DNA of 64,000 nucleotides. Source: a virus (Duplodnaviria; Caudoviricetes). Shown in pieces: positions 27,287-36,899 of the stretch. Position 1 is the stretch's first letter. Each line of letters starts with the position of its first letter. A model generated the notes under the pieces. It had not been told where the DNA came from. It did no database searches and was given only the letters and a program-made list of their open reading frames with translations. The stretch lies in the IMG/VR virus record IMGVR_UViG_3300014205_000170, positions 32,001-96,000 of that record; one strand, 5' to 3'. A program made the translations under genes and the position numbers.

Positions 27287-27713
27287 AATAGTGCTTTTTG
27301 AAAAGAAGGAAAAACCTATTACAGTTGGTGGTGCTCTTCCGGAAGAAAGAGTTGAATATAGTGTTGAAAGCGCTCTTCATATTTTGGCAACATGTATGAT
27401 AAGCAACAGAAGTCAAGGTCGTAATGAATATTTTATACCAAAAGAATTTTTAAATCAAACTTCTCTGAAACTTCTCCATCTTAATGGATATGATATTGTA
27501 GGAAGGCATCCAAACGGTATTAGTGTAGAAATAAGCAGATTTCAAAAACCTTGTAAAAAAGTTGATTGTATACATAATATAGTTGGTGTTTGTCAAGCAA
27601 AAGGAGTAAAACAAATATGTAATGCTTATAACCCTATGGAATTTTATGAAGTTACAATTAATGGACAAAAAGAAACAAGAGTGAAATTTAAATACAACCA
27701 TGAAAATACTTAA
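27270..27713 (+). CDS. EK-tag protein, family E
   Basis: RIVLFEK; paralog of 23320-23688. Confidence 0.8.
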   Translation: MKTDIRIVLFEKKEKPITVGGALPEERVEYSVESALHILATCMISNRSQGRNEYFIPKEFLNQTSLKLLHLNGYDIVGRHPNGISVEISRFQKPCKKVDCIHNIVGVCQAKGVKQICNAYNPMEFYEVTINGQKETRVKFKYNHENT

Positions 27714-28053
27714 AAAAAATAAAATAATTGAGAAAGGTTCTAAAAAGATAGATACAGATAAAATTTTAGAAAAGATTGCCAAACAAATACAATTTCAGAA
27801 GCAACGAATGAAGGCTGAAGAAAATAGTTACGGACTCAGTAAAAACCAGCGAAAGAAACTGTATGAAAGTATAATAAGTAGTATTGGTAAAGTTACTAAG
27901 CTCCGAGAACAACTTGGTATTAAATCAGAAGAAAGTTCAATTTGTACTTATTATAAACACAAGCTTAAAAACGTGAATGAAGCCATAAAAAGGTCACAAA
28001 TTGTCGGAAAGAGAATTATATTACTTGAAAAAGTTTATAAGAATAAAATATAA
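27700..28053 (+). CDS. EK-tag protein
   Basis: C-terminal KRIILLEK. Confidence 0.75.
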   Translation: MKILKKNKIIEKGSKKIDTDKILEKIAKQIQFQKQRMKAEENSYGLSKNQRKKLYESIISSIGKVTKLREQLGIKSEESSICTYYKHKLKNVNEAIKRSQIVGKRIILLEKVYKNKI

Positions 28054-28084
28054 AAACTATAAAAGTCTAATTAAAAAATAAGAC

Positions 28085-28357
28085 ATGGAACATTGGGAAT
28101 TGGAAGCTCAAAGGGCAAAAGAAAAAAAGGAACTACTAAGTAAGTTTCCTCATTTGGGCAAAAAAGCACGAAGAAAAGGAAGGGGAAATAAATGGGAGTA
28201 CGGTACAATCATACTTGATAAATTTAATGATGACACCGAAAATTATGAATTTATTAAATACGATGATGGCACTTCGGAACAATTAATGTGTCTTCCTTAT
28301 GAGATATGGGATGAACAAAAAGAAACCTGGGTTAATGGTTGGGATGAAACAAATTAA
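28085..28357 (+). CDS. hypothetical protein
   Basis: ORF. Confidence 0.75.
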   Translation: MEHWELEAQRAKEKKELLSKFPHLGKKARRKGRGNKWEYGTIILDKFNDDTENYEFIKYDDGTSEQLMCLPYEIWDEQKETWVNGWDETN

Positions 28358-28757
28358 GAATATAGCTATATCTGTTCGCGACTGGGCCGAAACATATGCT
28401 CAAGAAAACAATAAATTTCCTTCAGACCTTGAGGGTATGTGTGCTATATGCTCTGTGAAAATATTCAATCAACTTAAAGAATTTGGTTATTCACCGGTTC
28501 TTTGCATGAGTTATTATACTGAGAGTCAAAGAGATGGTGCTCATGTATTTATTATTGTGAATGGTTTATTGGTAGATGTTACGGCTACCCAGTTTTCGTT
28601 AAAACACCAGAAAGTCATTGTGCGTGAGAAACTTAAGAAAGAAGATGAGTGGTATTGGAGTAAATTTCATAAATTTAGAACTAGTAACGGATTGATTAAA
28701 AAACAACATAAAGATGGGTGGTCGATGCATCAAATTAAAACAACAGAGTTAGAGTAA
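28344..28757 (+). CDS. hypothetical protein with transglutaminase/papain-like Cys-His-Asp pattern
   Basis: GMCAICS..AHVF..VDVTATQF. Confidence 0.6.
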   Translation: MKQIKNIAISVRDWAETYAQENNKFPSDLEGMCAICSVKIFNQLKEFGYSPVLCMSYYTESQRDGAHVFIIVNGLLVDVTATQFSLKHQKVIVREKLKKEDEWYWSKFHKFRTSNGLIKKQHKDGWSMHQIKTTELE

Positions 28758-29047
28758 TGGAAGTAATAACAAAAGCTGTATTGATTGAAAAGAGTCCTTT
28801 TTTTGTTTCTATTATTTTACGTAATAGTAATAAGGAAAAATTATTAGTAAGACCATGTGTAAGTGAAGATGATTTGCAAATAGCACGACAAGAATACAGG
28901 AACATGCAAGGTGTAGAATATAAAAATATTCTTTCATTCAATCCATCTCCATATTATCTTGTACTTAAGGGAGGTGCGTTTGTTGGTAATATTGTAAGTA
29001 AAAGCATATGTCAAAAAATAAAATATAACAATGCACATTCAGTATAA
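28757..29047 (+). CDS. EK-tag protein, family B
   Basis: TKAVLIEK; paralog of 23060-23323. Confidence 0.8.
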   Translation: MEVITKAVLIEKSPFFVSIILRNSNKEKLLVRPCVSEDDLQIARQEYRNMQGVEYKNILSFNPSPYYLVLKGGAFVGNIVSKSICQKIKYNNAHSV

Positions 29048-29438
29048 ACAAGAAATTTTTGTTGTAACTATTCCATCTGGAGATGAATATTTTACAAAAC
29101 TTTATATGGATGGTTTTAGTTTTGCTAGAGTAAACGGAGTGTGGAAACATTACACTGGCGGAAATTTGTCTGAGACAAACCCAATTGACAATGAAGAGTT
29201 TTGTAATGTACTTGAAGAAAGATTTCAAAATATACAAAAAAGATATATCATAATTGAGAAGGCTATTAATATTGCGACAGAATTATTTCCAACAGATATT
29301 GAAATTGAAGCGGAAGCAGAATCTCGGTATCCGGTAAATACACATATGACTCCGAATAATAGTCCTTATGTTGGAAGCAAGATAACTTTTACTCATGGGA
29401 TTAATTGGTTGAAACTCTACATGACAAACAAACAATAA
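29031..29438 (+). CDS. EK-tag protein
   Basis: KRYIIIEK. Confidence 0.75.
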   Translation: MHIQYKQEIFVVTIPSGDEYFTKLYMDGFSFARVNGVWKHYTGGNLSETNPIDNEEFCNVLEERFQNIQKRYIIIEKAINIATELFPTDIEIEAEAESRYPVNTHMTPNNSPYVGSKITFTHGINWLKLYMTNKQ

Positions 29439-29439
29439 T

Positions 29440-29874
29440 ATGGATTTTGAATATATAAATGTAAATCAAATTTGTTCTTTGAAGGTAAGTACTTTTTCAA
29501 AAAGTAATTATTATGAATATAAAAAAACAAAAAAAACATTCTTTGGAAAAATGACAAAAGAAGGATTTTATGATTATGATGATTATTGCTCTGTTCAGCA
29601 AATTGAAGCTCGTGGAGAATACATTTGTAAAGGCGAAGAAGTATTTCTTAAACCATACATTGTTATTAGAATGAGCAATAACGACAATCATAAAAAAATT
29701 TTTCATACAAACGAGGAAATGTTTAAGTTTATATGGAATAGTCAACTTTCAACCCTTAAGTGGATTAATAAGAAGGATATACTAGAAAGCAGACAAGTAT
29801 TGTTGGAACTATATAAGGGTTATCCAGATGAATACCGGATACTTTCAAAAAGAACTTTAGAAACAAATTATTAA
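29440..29874 (+). CDS. hypothetical protein with tag variant
   Basis: SRQVLLEL. Confidence 0.75.
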   Translation: MDFEYINVNQICSLKVSTFSKSNYYEYKKTKKTFFGKMTKEGFYDYDDYCSVQQIEARGEYICKGEEVFLKPYIVIRMSNNDNHKKIFHTNEEMFKFIWNSQLSTLKWINKKDILESRQVLLELYKGYPDEYRILSKRTLETNY

Positions 29875-29878
29875 AATT

Positions 29879-30091
29879 ATGACATACTTAGGTGTTAAAT
29901 ATGAAATAATGTGTTATCTATTGTTACTTGTAACAGTAGATGATGTCAAAAAATGCATAACTCCTAAGTGCAATAATATGACTGGTATTATTGCTGTAAA
30001 TTTTTGTAAAAAATGTTATATTGATAAAAAGAAAAAACGTAATAAGTTAAGTAGATTTATAATTCTAGAAAAAACAACAGAAAATTGTTAG
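29879..30091 (+). CDS. EK-tag Cys-rich protein
   Basis: SRFIILEK. Confidence 0.65.
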   Translation: MTYLGVKYEIMCYLLLLVTVDDVKKCITPKCNNMTGIIAVNFCKKCYIDKKKKRNKLSRFIILEKTTENC

Positions 30092-30378
30092 AAGAAATTT
30101 CATATAGAGTAGTGTTGACAGAAAAGGTTGATAGAAACTTTTGGGTAGAACTTCTTGAAGAAGAAGTTGGACAAACTATTAATGGAAGAAGATTATATAC
30201 TTGGTATTCTAAATGTGAAATTGAGAGACACAATTCTAATAAATTTCAGTCAAAATACAAAGTAAAATTCGCATCAAATCACCAATATTTTTTAGTAGTA
30301 AATTTTGAAGATGTTAACTTATCTCCTAATCACGTTTATGGAATAGCATTTAACCATTGTAAAAGACTAGGATATTAA
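30085..30378 (+). CDS. EK-tag protein (family B related)
   Basis: YRVVLTEK. Confidence 0.75.
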   Translation: MLEEISYRVVLTEKVDRNFWVELLEEEVGQTINGRRLYTWYSKCEIERHNSNKFQSKYKVKFASNHQYFLVVNFEDVNLSPNHVYGIAFNHCKRLGY

Positions 30379-30379
30379 A

Positions 30380-30616
30380 ATGAGCATAAAAAACATAAGA
30401 ATGCCAATGACAGAGAAAAAAATGAATGTCATTTTGAGAGCACGTATAGAAAATAGAATTAAAGAACTAAAATCTGGTTTAAGAGATTATCAGGGATTTA
30501 ACGAAGATGGTAGTAGAAAAATACAATATATTTCTACTACATTTAGTGCTGGTGCTCATTCTTTTTGGAGAAGTGCCGCCGATAGAATTGAAGAATTAGA
30601 ACGATTATTAAGATAA
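30380..30616 (+). CDS. hypothetical protein with tag variant
   Basis: RMPMTEK; C-terminal AADRIEELE. Confidence 0.75.
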   Translation: MSIKNIRMPMTEKKMNVILRARIENRIKELKSGLRDYQGFNEDGSRKIQYISTTFSAGAHSFWRSAADRIEELERLLR

Positions 30617-30963
30617 TGAATAGAACGCTTAAAAACAAAGAATTTATTGCGCCAAATCCAGATTTAAATTCTCGTGATGTTTTGATTGAAAAGAATTTCT
30701 TAATTCGTATCAAAATTAATGAAGAGGATTTATTTATGAATGATGAGGTATGGTATTTTAGATTTGCGAATAAACGAATTTTAGTAAGATGTTCTACAAA
30801 CTCAGAGAGAGAAAGTATTAGAGTTAACATTAATGATTATGGTGATATGTTCGTAGACAGATGTAGGAAAAAAGGATTTTATGTAGTTGCAAATTATACT
30901 TGGGTCTACAATGGTTGTTTAATTGGAAAATGTGATACAGAAAAATTTAAAACAATTGGATAA
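30616..30963 (+). CDS. EK-tag protein, family B
   Basis: SRDVLIEKNF; close paralog of 31727-32032. Confidence 0.85.
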   Translation: MNRTLKNKEFIAPNPDLNSRDVLIEKNFLIRIKINEEDLFMNDEVWYFRFANKRILVRCSTNSERESIRVNINDYGDMFVDRCRKKGFYVVANYTWVYNGCLIGKCDTEKFKTIG

Positions 30964-31387
30964 AAATAACACAAATATTCTTCAAAGAGTAATTTTATTT
31001 GAAAAAACTCAAAAATCATTAGTTACCTGGATTTCTGATTATGATAAAGGAACTATAGTTAAATCCATTGAAATGGGTGGTATGGGCGAAGGTTATGAAT
31101 TGGCAATACAAGAATGTTTAATTGAAATATTGAGAAGTTTACAACATTTAAAACCTTCAGAAGAACCTGAAAGTTTTACTGTTGAAGTAAAGGATGCAAC
31201 GAACAAAGCTGTTGCAAAATTAGATGAAACTTTTGGGTTTTCAGGAGCACAAGTTTCGGCAGCGCAAAGTCTTGCTTCTTTTATTTGGAGAAACACACTA
31301 GAAAAAGCATTTAAAGAAATTTCAGAAGAACGTATTATTAAAATTTTTAAGAGTAAAAATGGGACGGCTCGATTAATTAAAGAATAA
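30923..31387 (+). CDS. EK-tag protein
   Basis: QRVILFEK; SIEMGGMGEGYE..GFSGAQ; true start may be TTG 30956. Confidence 0.8.
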   Translation: MENVIQKNLKQLDKNNTNILQRVILFEKTQKSLVTWISDYDKGTIVKSIEMGGMGEGYELAIQECLIEILRSLQHLKPSEEPESFTVEVKDATNKAVAKLDETFGFSGAQVSAAQSLASFIWRNTLEKAFKEISEERIIKIFKSKNGTARLIKE

Positions 31388-31388
31388 A

Positions 31389-31616
31389 ATGAGTATAGCA
31401 AAAATTAAAAGTATATTGATAGACAAAGGTTATTATTCAGATGACCATGCTATTTCAAGTAGATGTATAAGAGATATTATTTCTGCATATAAAAAAGTAG
31501 AAAGACAATCTATAAATAAAAAAGCGAAGAAGATAGCAATAGCTAATCTAGAAAGAACAAGAAATGTACTACTCGAAAAGAAAAATTTAAAAAAAGTACG
31601 TAAAAGAAAAACTTGA
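31389..31616 (+). CDS. EK-tag protein (possibly frameshifted C-terminus)
   Basis: TRNVLLEK; +1 frame stays open to 31725. Confidence 0.7.
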   Translation: MSIAKIKSILIDKGYYSDDHAISSRCIRDIISAYKKVERQSINKKAKKIAIANLERTRNVLLEKKNLKKVRKRKT

Positions 31617-31726
31617 GACGAAGCGTAAAAAGGAACAAGAAGAGTTGAAAAAAAATATTACTCCAGCACAAAGAGAAGAATTTAAAAGAATTGCCGAACA
31701 AATGAAAGACACAAACAACACATAAC

Positions 31727-32032
31727 ATGCAAGATATTTTAAATACGCATTATGGTTCGAGAGATGTTTTGATTGAAAAGAATTTTATAATTAAAATAAT
31801 TCCTGCTGAATATGTAAGTCCTGATTTGGTATGGTATTTTAAATATATAAATGAGAAATTTAGTGTTAGACATGCTACAAAAAAAGAAAAGGAAGATATA
31901 ATTAATGATAGAAATTATTTTGGTATGTCATTTAGAGAAAGATGTAAACTTAATGGAATTTATGTGTCAACAAATGAATCTTGGATGCTTAATAAATGTT
32001 TTATCGGCAAATGTGATTCTATAAAAATTTAA
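31727..32032 (+). CDS. EK-tag protein, family B
   Basis: SRDVLIEKNF. Confidence 0.85.
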   Translation: MQDILNTHYGSRDVLIEKNFIIKIIPAEYVSPDLVWYFKYINEKFSVRHATKKEKEDIINDRNYFGMSFRERCKLNGIYVSTNESWMLNKCFIGKCDSIKI

Positions 32033-32036
32033 AATT

Positions 32037-32228
32037 ATGAAAGATATTATTGAAGAGTTGTTTTCTTGTCACGAATTAATTATTACCAAAGAAGGTTTTA
32101 ATGCTTCTTTAACTTTGAAGAATAATGAAACCAACAAAAAATGGACATCCACATTGCCTTGTGACCATCACTTGGATAAAGAACGAATACAAGATTGTAT
32201 TAGATTTATGAAAGACAAAACCAAATAA
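32037..32228 (+). CDS. hypothetical protein
   Basis: ORF in operon spacing. Confidence 0.65.
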   Translation: MKDIIEELFSCHELIITKEGFNASLTLKNNETNKKWTSTLPCDHHLDKERIQDCIRFMKDKTK

Positions 32229-32233
32229 TTAGA

Positions 32234-32494
32234 ATGAGTGAACAAATAAACATTCATCTTTCTGTAAATGGTAAGAATGCTCTTGGGTGTCAACGTCATG
32301 ATAAACATATTATGATTTCTTATTACGATAGAGGCCAACAGGACTTTGTTGACCTTTTTATGAATCAATTGGAAGCAAAGAATTTTTTAAAAGATTTGCA
32401 ACAATGCATTGAAGAAAATGATGATGAAACTATAGCTCCAGCAAAAAGGCATATGTTAATTGAAAAAACAAATTACAAAATGAGGTGGTCATAA
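32234..32494 (+). CDS. EK-tag protein
   Basis: KRHMLIEK. Confidence 0.75.
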   Translation: MSEQINIHLSVNGKNALGCQRHDKHIMISYYDRGQQDFVDLFMNQLEAKNFLKDLQQCIEENDDETIAPAKRHMLIEKTNYKMRWS

Positions 32495-32499
32495 TTGGT

Positions 32500-32832
32500 A
32501 TGAAAAAACGTAAAATATCTGAAACTAGAGTTGTAATAATAGAAAAATTCGATACCAAGGATGGGTGGATTGATATTAAAACCAATCTACCAAAACCTAT
32601 AAGTACAGTATTGATTTGGACAAACATTTCATTTGCAGCTACAATTGGTTATTATACCGGTAGGGACTGGATGTATTTATCTGTTAATGAAAATTTATGG
32701 TTAAATAAACATCCACATATAAAAGTATTATATTGGAAACCTTTACCAAATGTTCCAACAGCATATTGTAGACAAATTATGAAAAGCGTAAACGAAGACC
32801 AAGATAATGTTGAAGTACTTGATAATGAATAA
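32500..32832 (+). CDS. DUF551-like protein with N-terminal EK-tag
   Basis: TRVVIIEK then WIDIKTNLP..VLYWKPLP. Confidence 0.75.
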   Translation: MKKRKISETRVVIIEKFDTKDGWIDIKTNLPKPISTVLIWTNISFAATIGYYTGRDWMYLSVNENLWLNKHPHIKVLYWKPLPNVPTAYCRQIMKSVNEDQDNVEVLDNE

Positions 32833-33055
32833 AGATTATTGTATATATACAAATTTTGAATTCGGTGTCAGTGATATTAATAAGAGGATAGTTTTGTTTG
32901 AAAAACACAATGATTTAATTGTTGAAAAAAAACAAGAAAAATTAAATAAAAAACTGTTTAGTATACTTATGGAGGCAGCTTCTACAATAGAAAGAAATCC
33001 AAAACAGTTCGTTATGTATTTTGATTATCCAACATTTTCTAAAAAAAGAGAATAA
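32825..33055 (+). CDS. EK-tag protein
   Basis: KRIVLFEK. Confidence 0.7.
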   Translation: MNKDYCIYTNFEFGVSDINKRIVLFEKHNDLIVEKKQEKLNKKLFSILMEAASTIERNPKQFVMYFDYPTFSKKRE

Positions 33056-33059
33056 ATTT

Positions 33060-33212
33060 ATGAATCGTTTTTTGTTTATATTCAGTCTTATTACAACTGT
33101 AGTGACAATAATAGTTCCGGTACATCCTTTTTGGGTAGGATGGATATTGTCTGGAGTAAGCGGATTTATGACAGGAAAATTTTTGGTTACTTTATTAACA
33201 GAAAAAATTTAA
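33060..33212 (+). CDS. small membrane protein
   Basis: two hydrophobic segments; ends LLTEKI. Confidence 0.6.
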   Translation: MNRFLFIFSLITTVVTIIVPVHPFWVGWILSGVSGFMTGKFLVTLLTEKI

Positions 33213-33213
33213 A

Positions 33214-33462
33214 ATGAGTTTAACATTTGATATAGTTGGCTATAAAGAAAGCACTAGAATGGTAATGTTTGAAAAAAATCAAAGTTATTATTTTAAATTA
33301 GACCCTAAAGGAGCTTGTGAAAAAAGGTGTCACTTACTTTTAAATGGAACTCGTGTTGGTAGTGGTGCTTGTGGAAGATGTATGTTCAATAAAGGTTATG
33401 GTCCAACAGAGAAGTATATAGTCTGTTCTAAATTAAAAGAAGCTTTAACTGAAAAGAATTAA
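33214..33462 (+). CDS. EK-tag Cys-rich protein, family D
   Basis: TRMVMFEK. Confidence 0.8.
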   Translation: MSLTFDIVGYKESTRMVMFEKNQSYYFKLDPKGACEKRCHLLLNGTRVGSGACGRCMFNKGYGPTEKYIVCSKLKEALTEKN

Positions 33463-33465
33463 GAC

Positions 33466-33738
33466 GTGAATAAAAACAAAAAAGACTTTGGTAGTCACAA
33501 CAATACTAGACATGTTATGTTTGAAAAAGCACAAGTTTATTACTACAACACAACTCAGGTACATGGTGTGTCAGGTATGATTCATGTATGTATTGAAACT
33601 TGTCATATCTCTAAAGTTTGGTGTAAAATTGGTAGTGATTTTTGTAAAGAATGCCGATTCAATGTAGGATTTCATATTAAAGAACAATATATTATTTGTA
33701 AAAAGATTAAACAGATTCAACAAAGAAGTGAAAAATAA
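33466..33738 (+). CDS. EK-tag Cys-rich protein, family D
   Basis: TRHVMFEK. Confidence 0.8.
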   Translation: MNKNKKDFGSHNNTRHVMFEKAQVYYYNTTQVHGVSGMIHVCIETCHISKVWCKIGSDFCKECRFNVGFHIKEQYIICKKIKQIQQRSEK

Positions 33739-34210
33739 AATCTACGAAATAATTTGTGTTGTTAAAGTGTGCAATACTGGAAACTTGTCTATGCATAATA
33801 TTCTATGGAGTTTCAATAGTTCAGTTAGTTCAGTTAATACTTCGAGATTTAAAAATGTGAAAACAACAACATTGAGTTTACAATATAACAACCTCGCTTT
33901 TCGTGAAATACAAATATTTAAAAAAATAATAAGGCAATGTGAATGGTTAGAGATTAGTAAGGCTTACCCACCAACATTATTAACTAAAAAGTCATATAAA
34001 ACTTTTAAACAATTTTGGTTAGAGATTGGAGTCAACCCAGTAGATATAAAATTTTTACAGAAGATAGGAAGAATAAGAAGTCTTGTAAATCACAATTTTT
34101 ACAAAAATGGTATTACAATTCAAATATGCCGACCATATAAAATACAAATCTTAACACAAACCAGAAAGGTTATAATTGAAAAACGTAAAAAAAGGAAATT
34201 AACAAATTAA
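33728..34210 (+). CDS. EK-tag protein
   Basis: C-terminal TRKVIIEK. Confidence 0.75.
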   Translation: MKNKIYEIICVVKVCNTGNLSMHNILWSFNSSVSSVNTSRFKNVKTTTLSLQYNNLAFREIQIFKKIIRQCEWLEISKAYPPTLLTKKSYKTFKQFWLEIGVNPVDIKFLQKIGRIRSLVNHNFYKNGITIQICRPYKIQILTQTRKVIIEKRKKRKLTN

Positions 34211-34222
34211 CTAAAAAATAAA

Positions 34223-34525
34223 ATGGAAACAGAAAAACGCATAAAAAGACTGGAGAGAATTGTAATAATATTATCAATACTCTTCATTGTATCAGTATTA
34301 ACATCAATTTATAGTGCCATACAAATTAAAACAGTGGCCAACAAAGTGCCTAGCTATCAAGAACTTAAGAAAGATATTCAAGCACTTAATCAATTATGTA
34401 AGATTTCTGAGGTAAAAGTACCTCAAGCTTATAACTTTACCAAGGATAAAGCCGTTAAAGGTTATGAGTACAGCAAAGAAAAGACAAACGAACTGATTGA
34501 TTACATAAAGAAAAAGAGCAAGTAA
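34223..34525 (+). CDS. membrane-anchored hypothetical protein
   Basis: N-terminal TM helix. Confidence 0.75.
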   Translation: METEKRIKRLERIVIILSILFIVSVLTSIYSAIQIKTVANKVPSYQELKKDIQALNQLCKISEVKVPQAYNFTKDKAVKGYEYSKEKTNELIDYIKKKSK

Positions 34526-34807
34526 GTGGAGAACGACTACGTTGAATATATACCAGTTAAGAAGTTAACCAAACGTCAAAGAGAGGTTTTAACCATTTTA
34601 TCAAGTGGAGAAGAGCTTGTTTTTGAAAAGGGTGCCGGATGGTGGCTTGGGCTTGATAGAGTTGGAGGAAAGTTGCCTATAACACTTTTAAGACATATGA
34701 CCATAAGGGCAGATGATTACTCATCTTCTGTTCAACGTTATACTATTAATGAAACCGGGAGAAAATCTTTAACCGATAACTGCTTGTATCTTATTAGAAA
34801 AAAATGA
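34526..34807 (+). CDS. hypothetical protein (winged-helix-like pattern)
   Basis: LTKRQREVL..YTINETGR. Confidence 0.7.
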   Translation: MENDYVEYIPVKKLTKRQREVLTILSSGEELVFEKGAGWWLGLDRVGGKLPITLLRHMTIRADDYSSSVQRYTINETGRKSLTDNCLYLIRKK

Positions 34808-35181
34808 GCTTTACCAAACAACATAAAGTAAATTTTAAAGAATTATTAAATCAATGGACCTTAAAAAGTCCACTTGCCAATCATTATACTATTCACTTTA
34901 AAGACAAACAAAAGGCTTTAGAATTGGAGGAATATTTACTTGGATTAAACTTTACAGGTAAACCAAGAAGTCAGTCTGATGATAAAAATATTTTTGTTGA
35001 TTGGAATAATACTCGCAGAAAAACATTTTCTATTATAATTTTTCCTAAATTAAACTCTTTTATGAGAACAAAAAGAGTCACTAAAAACTCAAGAGGTTAT
35101 TATAATGTATTATCTGGAGATTCAGTAGAAAAATTTTGTTTTAAATTTGTAATGGTTGAAAAAGCAATTGAATATTTATGA
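34804..35181 (+). CDS. EK-tag protein, family C
   Basis: CFKFVMVEK. Confidence 0.8.
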   Translation: MSFTKQHKVNFKELLNQWTLKSPLANHYTIHFKDKQKALELEEYLLGLNFTGKPRSQSDDKNIFVDWNNTRRKTFSIIIFPKLNSFMRTKRVTKNSRGYYNVLSGDSVEKFCFKFVMVEKAIEYL

Positions 35182-35636
35182 AAAGTAAACAATTCAAACA
35201 ATTTAATAAAGATGAATATGTTTGTCGTTTTTTTGATATTAACCTTACAAGGATAACGAATTTTTCTTTTAAATTCAAACACAAATTAACGTCAGAAGAA
35301 AAAAAAATTATAAAAAAAATTCTAAAAATAAGTGATGGCTATTGCGTTTATAATGTAGTAGAAAAAAGAACATTAGTTTTTAGAATGAAGCACACTTATC
35401 GTTCTTATAAAGATTTGTATATTGATAACGACATTGATAAAAACATTATACAAACTTTAAAAAATAAAAAAATAATTATTCATATGCTTAACGGGTGGAA
35501 TAGAAACACCAGAAAGAGAGACTATAGTATTTATTTTTATTTTGATGTTGAATATTTTCACAATTTAACATCAACAAGAAAGGTGTTGTTGGAAAAACAT
35601 AAAAGTAGAGGACGAAAAAAGAAGGTACTTGCATAA
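35178..35636 (+). CDS. EK-tag protein
   Basis: C-terminal TRKVLLEK. Confidence 0.75.
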   Translation: MKSKQFKQFNKDEYVCRFFDINLTRITNFSFKFKHKLTSEEKKIIKKILKISDGYCVYNVVEKRTLVFRMKHTYRSYKDLYIDNDIDKNIIQTLKNKKIIIHMLNGWNRNTRKRDYSIYFYFDVEYFHNLTSTRKVLLEKHKSRGRKKKVLA

Positions 35637-35673
35637 TATTACAAATTATATATAATGAACTTTATTTTATACA

Positions 35674-36012
35674 ATGGCCAAATTAATAGGTGATAGATAT
35701 GATTTAAAGGCTATGAAATGCAGATTTTGCGGATGTGCTTTTTTGATTGGCATGTCTGTGGTAGGTCAACATGCACAAGCCTGCCATCAGTGCTTAGAAA
35801 GATTTGGAGGTGGTTTTTTAAGCATTAGAATTCCTGAAATTTCTCAGGGAAGTATGAGAAATATGGAATATTTGATTCCGTATTATGTTTTAGCATTTCG
35901 TAATGTACTAACTGAAAAACATGTGAATAATAAAAATACATCTTTAATACAAATTGCAAAAAAATATCCAAATAACGTAAGTAAACATATATTAGTATCT
36001 TTAAGAAGATAA
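35674..36012 (+). CDS. EK-tag zinc-finger protein, family A
   Basis: CRFC..CHQC..GGGF..RNVLTEK. Confidence 0.85.
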   Translation: MAKLIGDRYDLKAMKCRFCGCAFLIGMSVVGQHAQACHQCLERFGGGFLSIRIPEISQGSMRNMEYLIPYYVLAFRNVLTEKHVNNKNTSLIQIAKKYPNNVSKHILVSLRR

Positions 36013-36420
36013 ATGGACACTACTGGCATAGAAGAAATAACAACAGAACATCAAAAGAGATTAGAAGAGAAGTTCTACCCAATTACTTATTGTAAAATGT
36101 GTGGGGATAAATTTTTCATCAACAGATATGGTAGTAATGAGCGTTTTTGTCTTGGTTGTTTAAAAGAAGCAGAAGGTGGTTATTGTGAAATAAGAATAGA
36201 GTTTAAAGAGTATCTCACTAAGAAAATTAGAGAAAATTTTTTTTTAGACAACCGAAATATTTTGGTACCATATAAAAGTTTTATGATTCACAGAAATGTA
36301 CTAACAGAAAAATTTTACATTAATAATCAGAGAAAAAATTCTATAAATAAATTACTCATTAAGTATCTCGAAAATTCTAAGGGCATAACACAAGAAGAGG
36401 TAATATTTGAAAGAGTTTGA
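36013..36420 (+). CDS. EK-tag zinc-finger protein, family A
   Basis: CKMC..CLGC..EGGY..RNVLTEK. Confidence 0.85.
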   Translation: MDTTGIEEITTEHQKRLEEKFYPITYCKMCGDKFFINRYGSNERFCLGCLKEAEGGYCEIRIEFKEYLTKKIRENFFLDNRNILVPYKSFMIHRNVLTEKFYINNQRKNSINKLLIKYLENSKGITQEEVIFERV

Positions 36421-36899
36421 AAAACAGCAGATATACATATAATAAACGCACTACTATTGGTAATAACAAAAACATTAAGCCTAAGCAAAAGTCTATGGCT
36501 AAACGTTTGGAATGCCCTATAAAAAATGTAAAACCAAAATCAAAAAGTTCAAAAATGGATTTTTGTGTAACGGGTTTATGTAGTTTATGTAAATCTATGT
36601 TTCCAGAAGCATATGAGAAAAAAGGTAAAAACACAAGGCGACATTTCATTGGATGGGACCGTTCAATTTGTTCTTCATGTTTTGAGAAATCTGGTGGTGG
36701 ATTTTATGAAATTGAAATACGTACTCAAATAGATACCAACACTGTTAATTTACAACTTTATATTATTCCGTACAAAATATTGGAATCAAGAAATGTATTA
36801 TTGGAAAAAAACAAAAATGACAGAGATGTATCCTTGGTGAAAATTGCTATAAAACACGGAATACAACCTACCGAAAGTTTAATGTATACATTAAGTTGA
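36417..36899 (+). CDS. EK-tag zinc-finger protein, family A
   Basis: CSLC..CSSC..GGGF..RNVLLEK. Confidence 0.85.
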   Translation: MKNSRYTYNKRTTIGNNKNIKPKQKSMAKRLECPIKNVKPKSKSSKMDFCVTGLCSLCKSMFPEAYEKKGKNTRRHFIGWDRSICSSCFEKSGGGFYEIEIRTQIDTNTVNLQLYIIPYKILESRNVLLEKNKNDRDVSLVKIAIKHGIQPTESLMYTLS

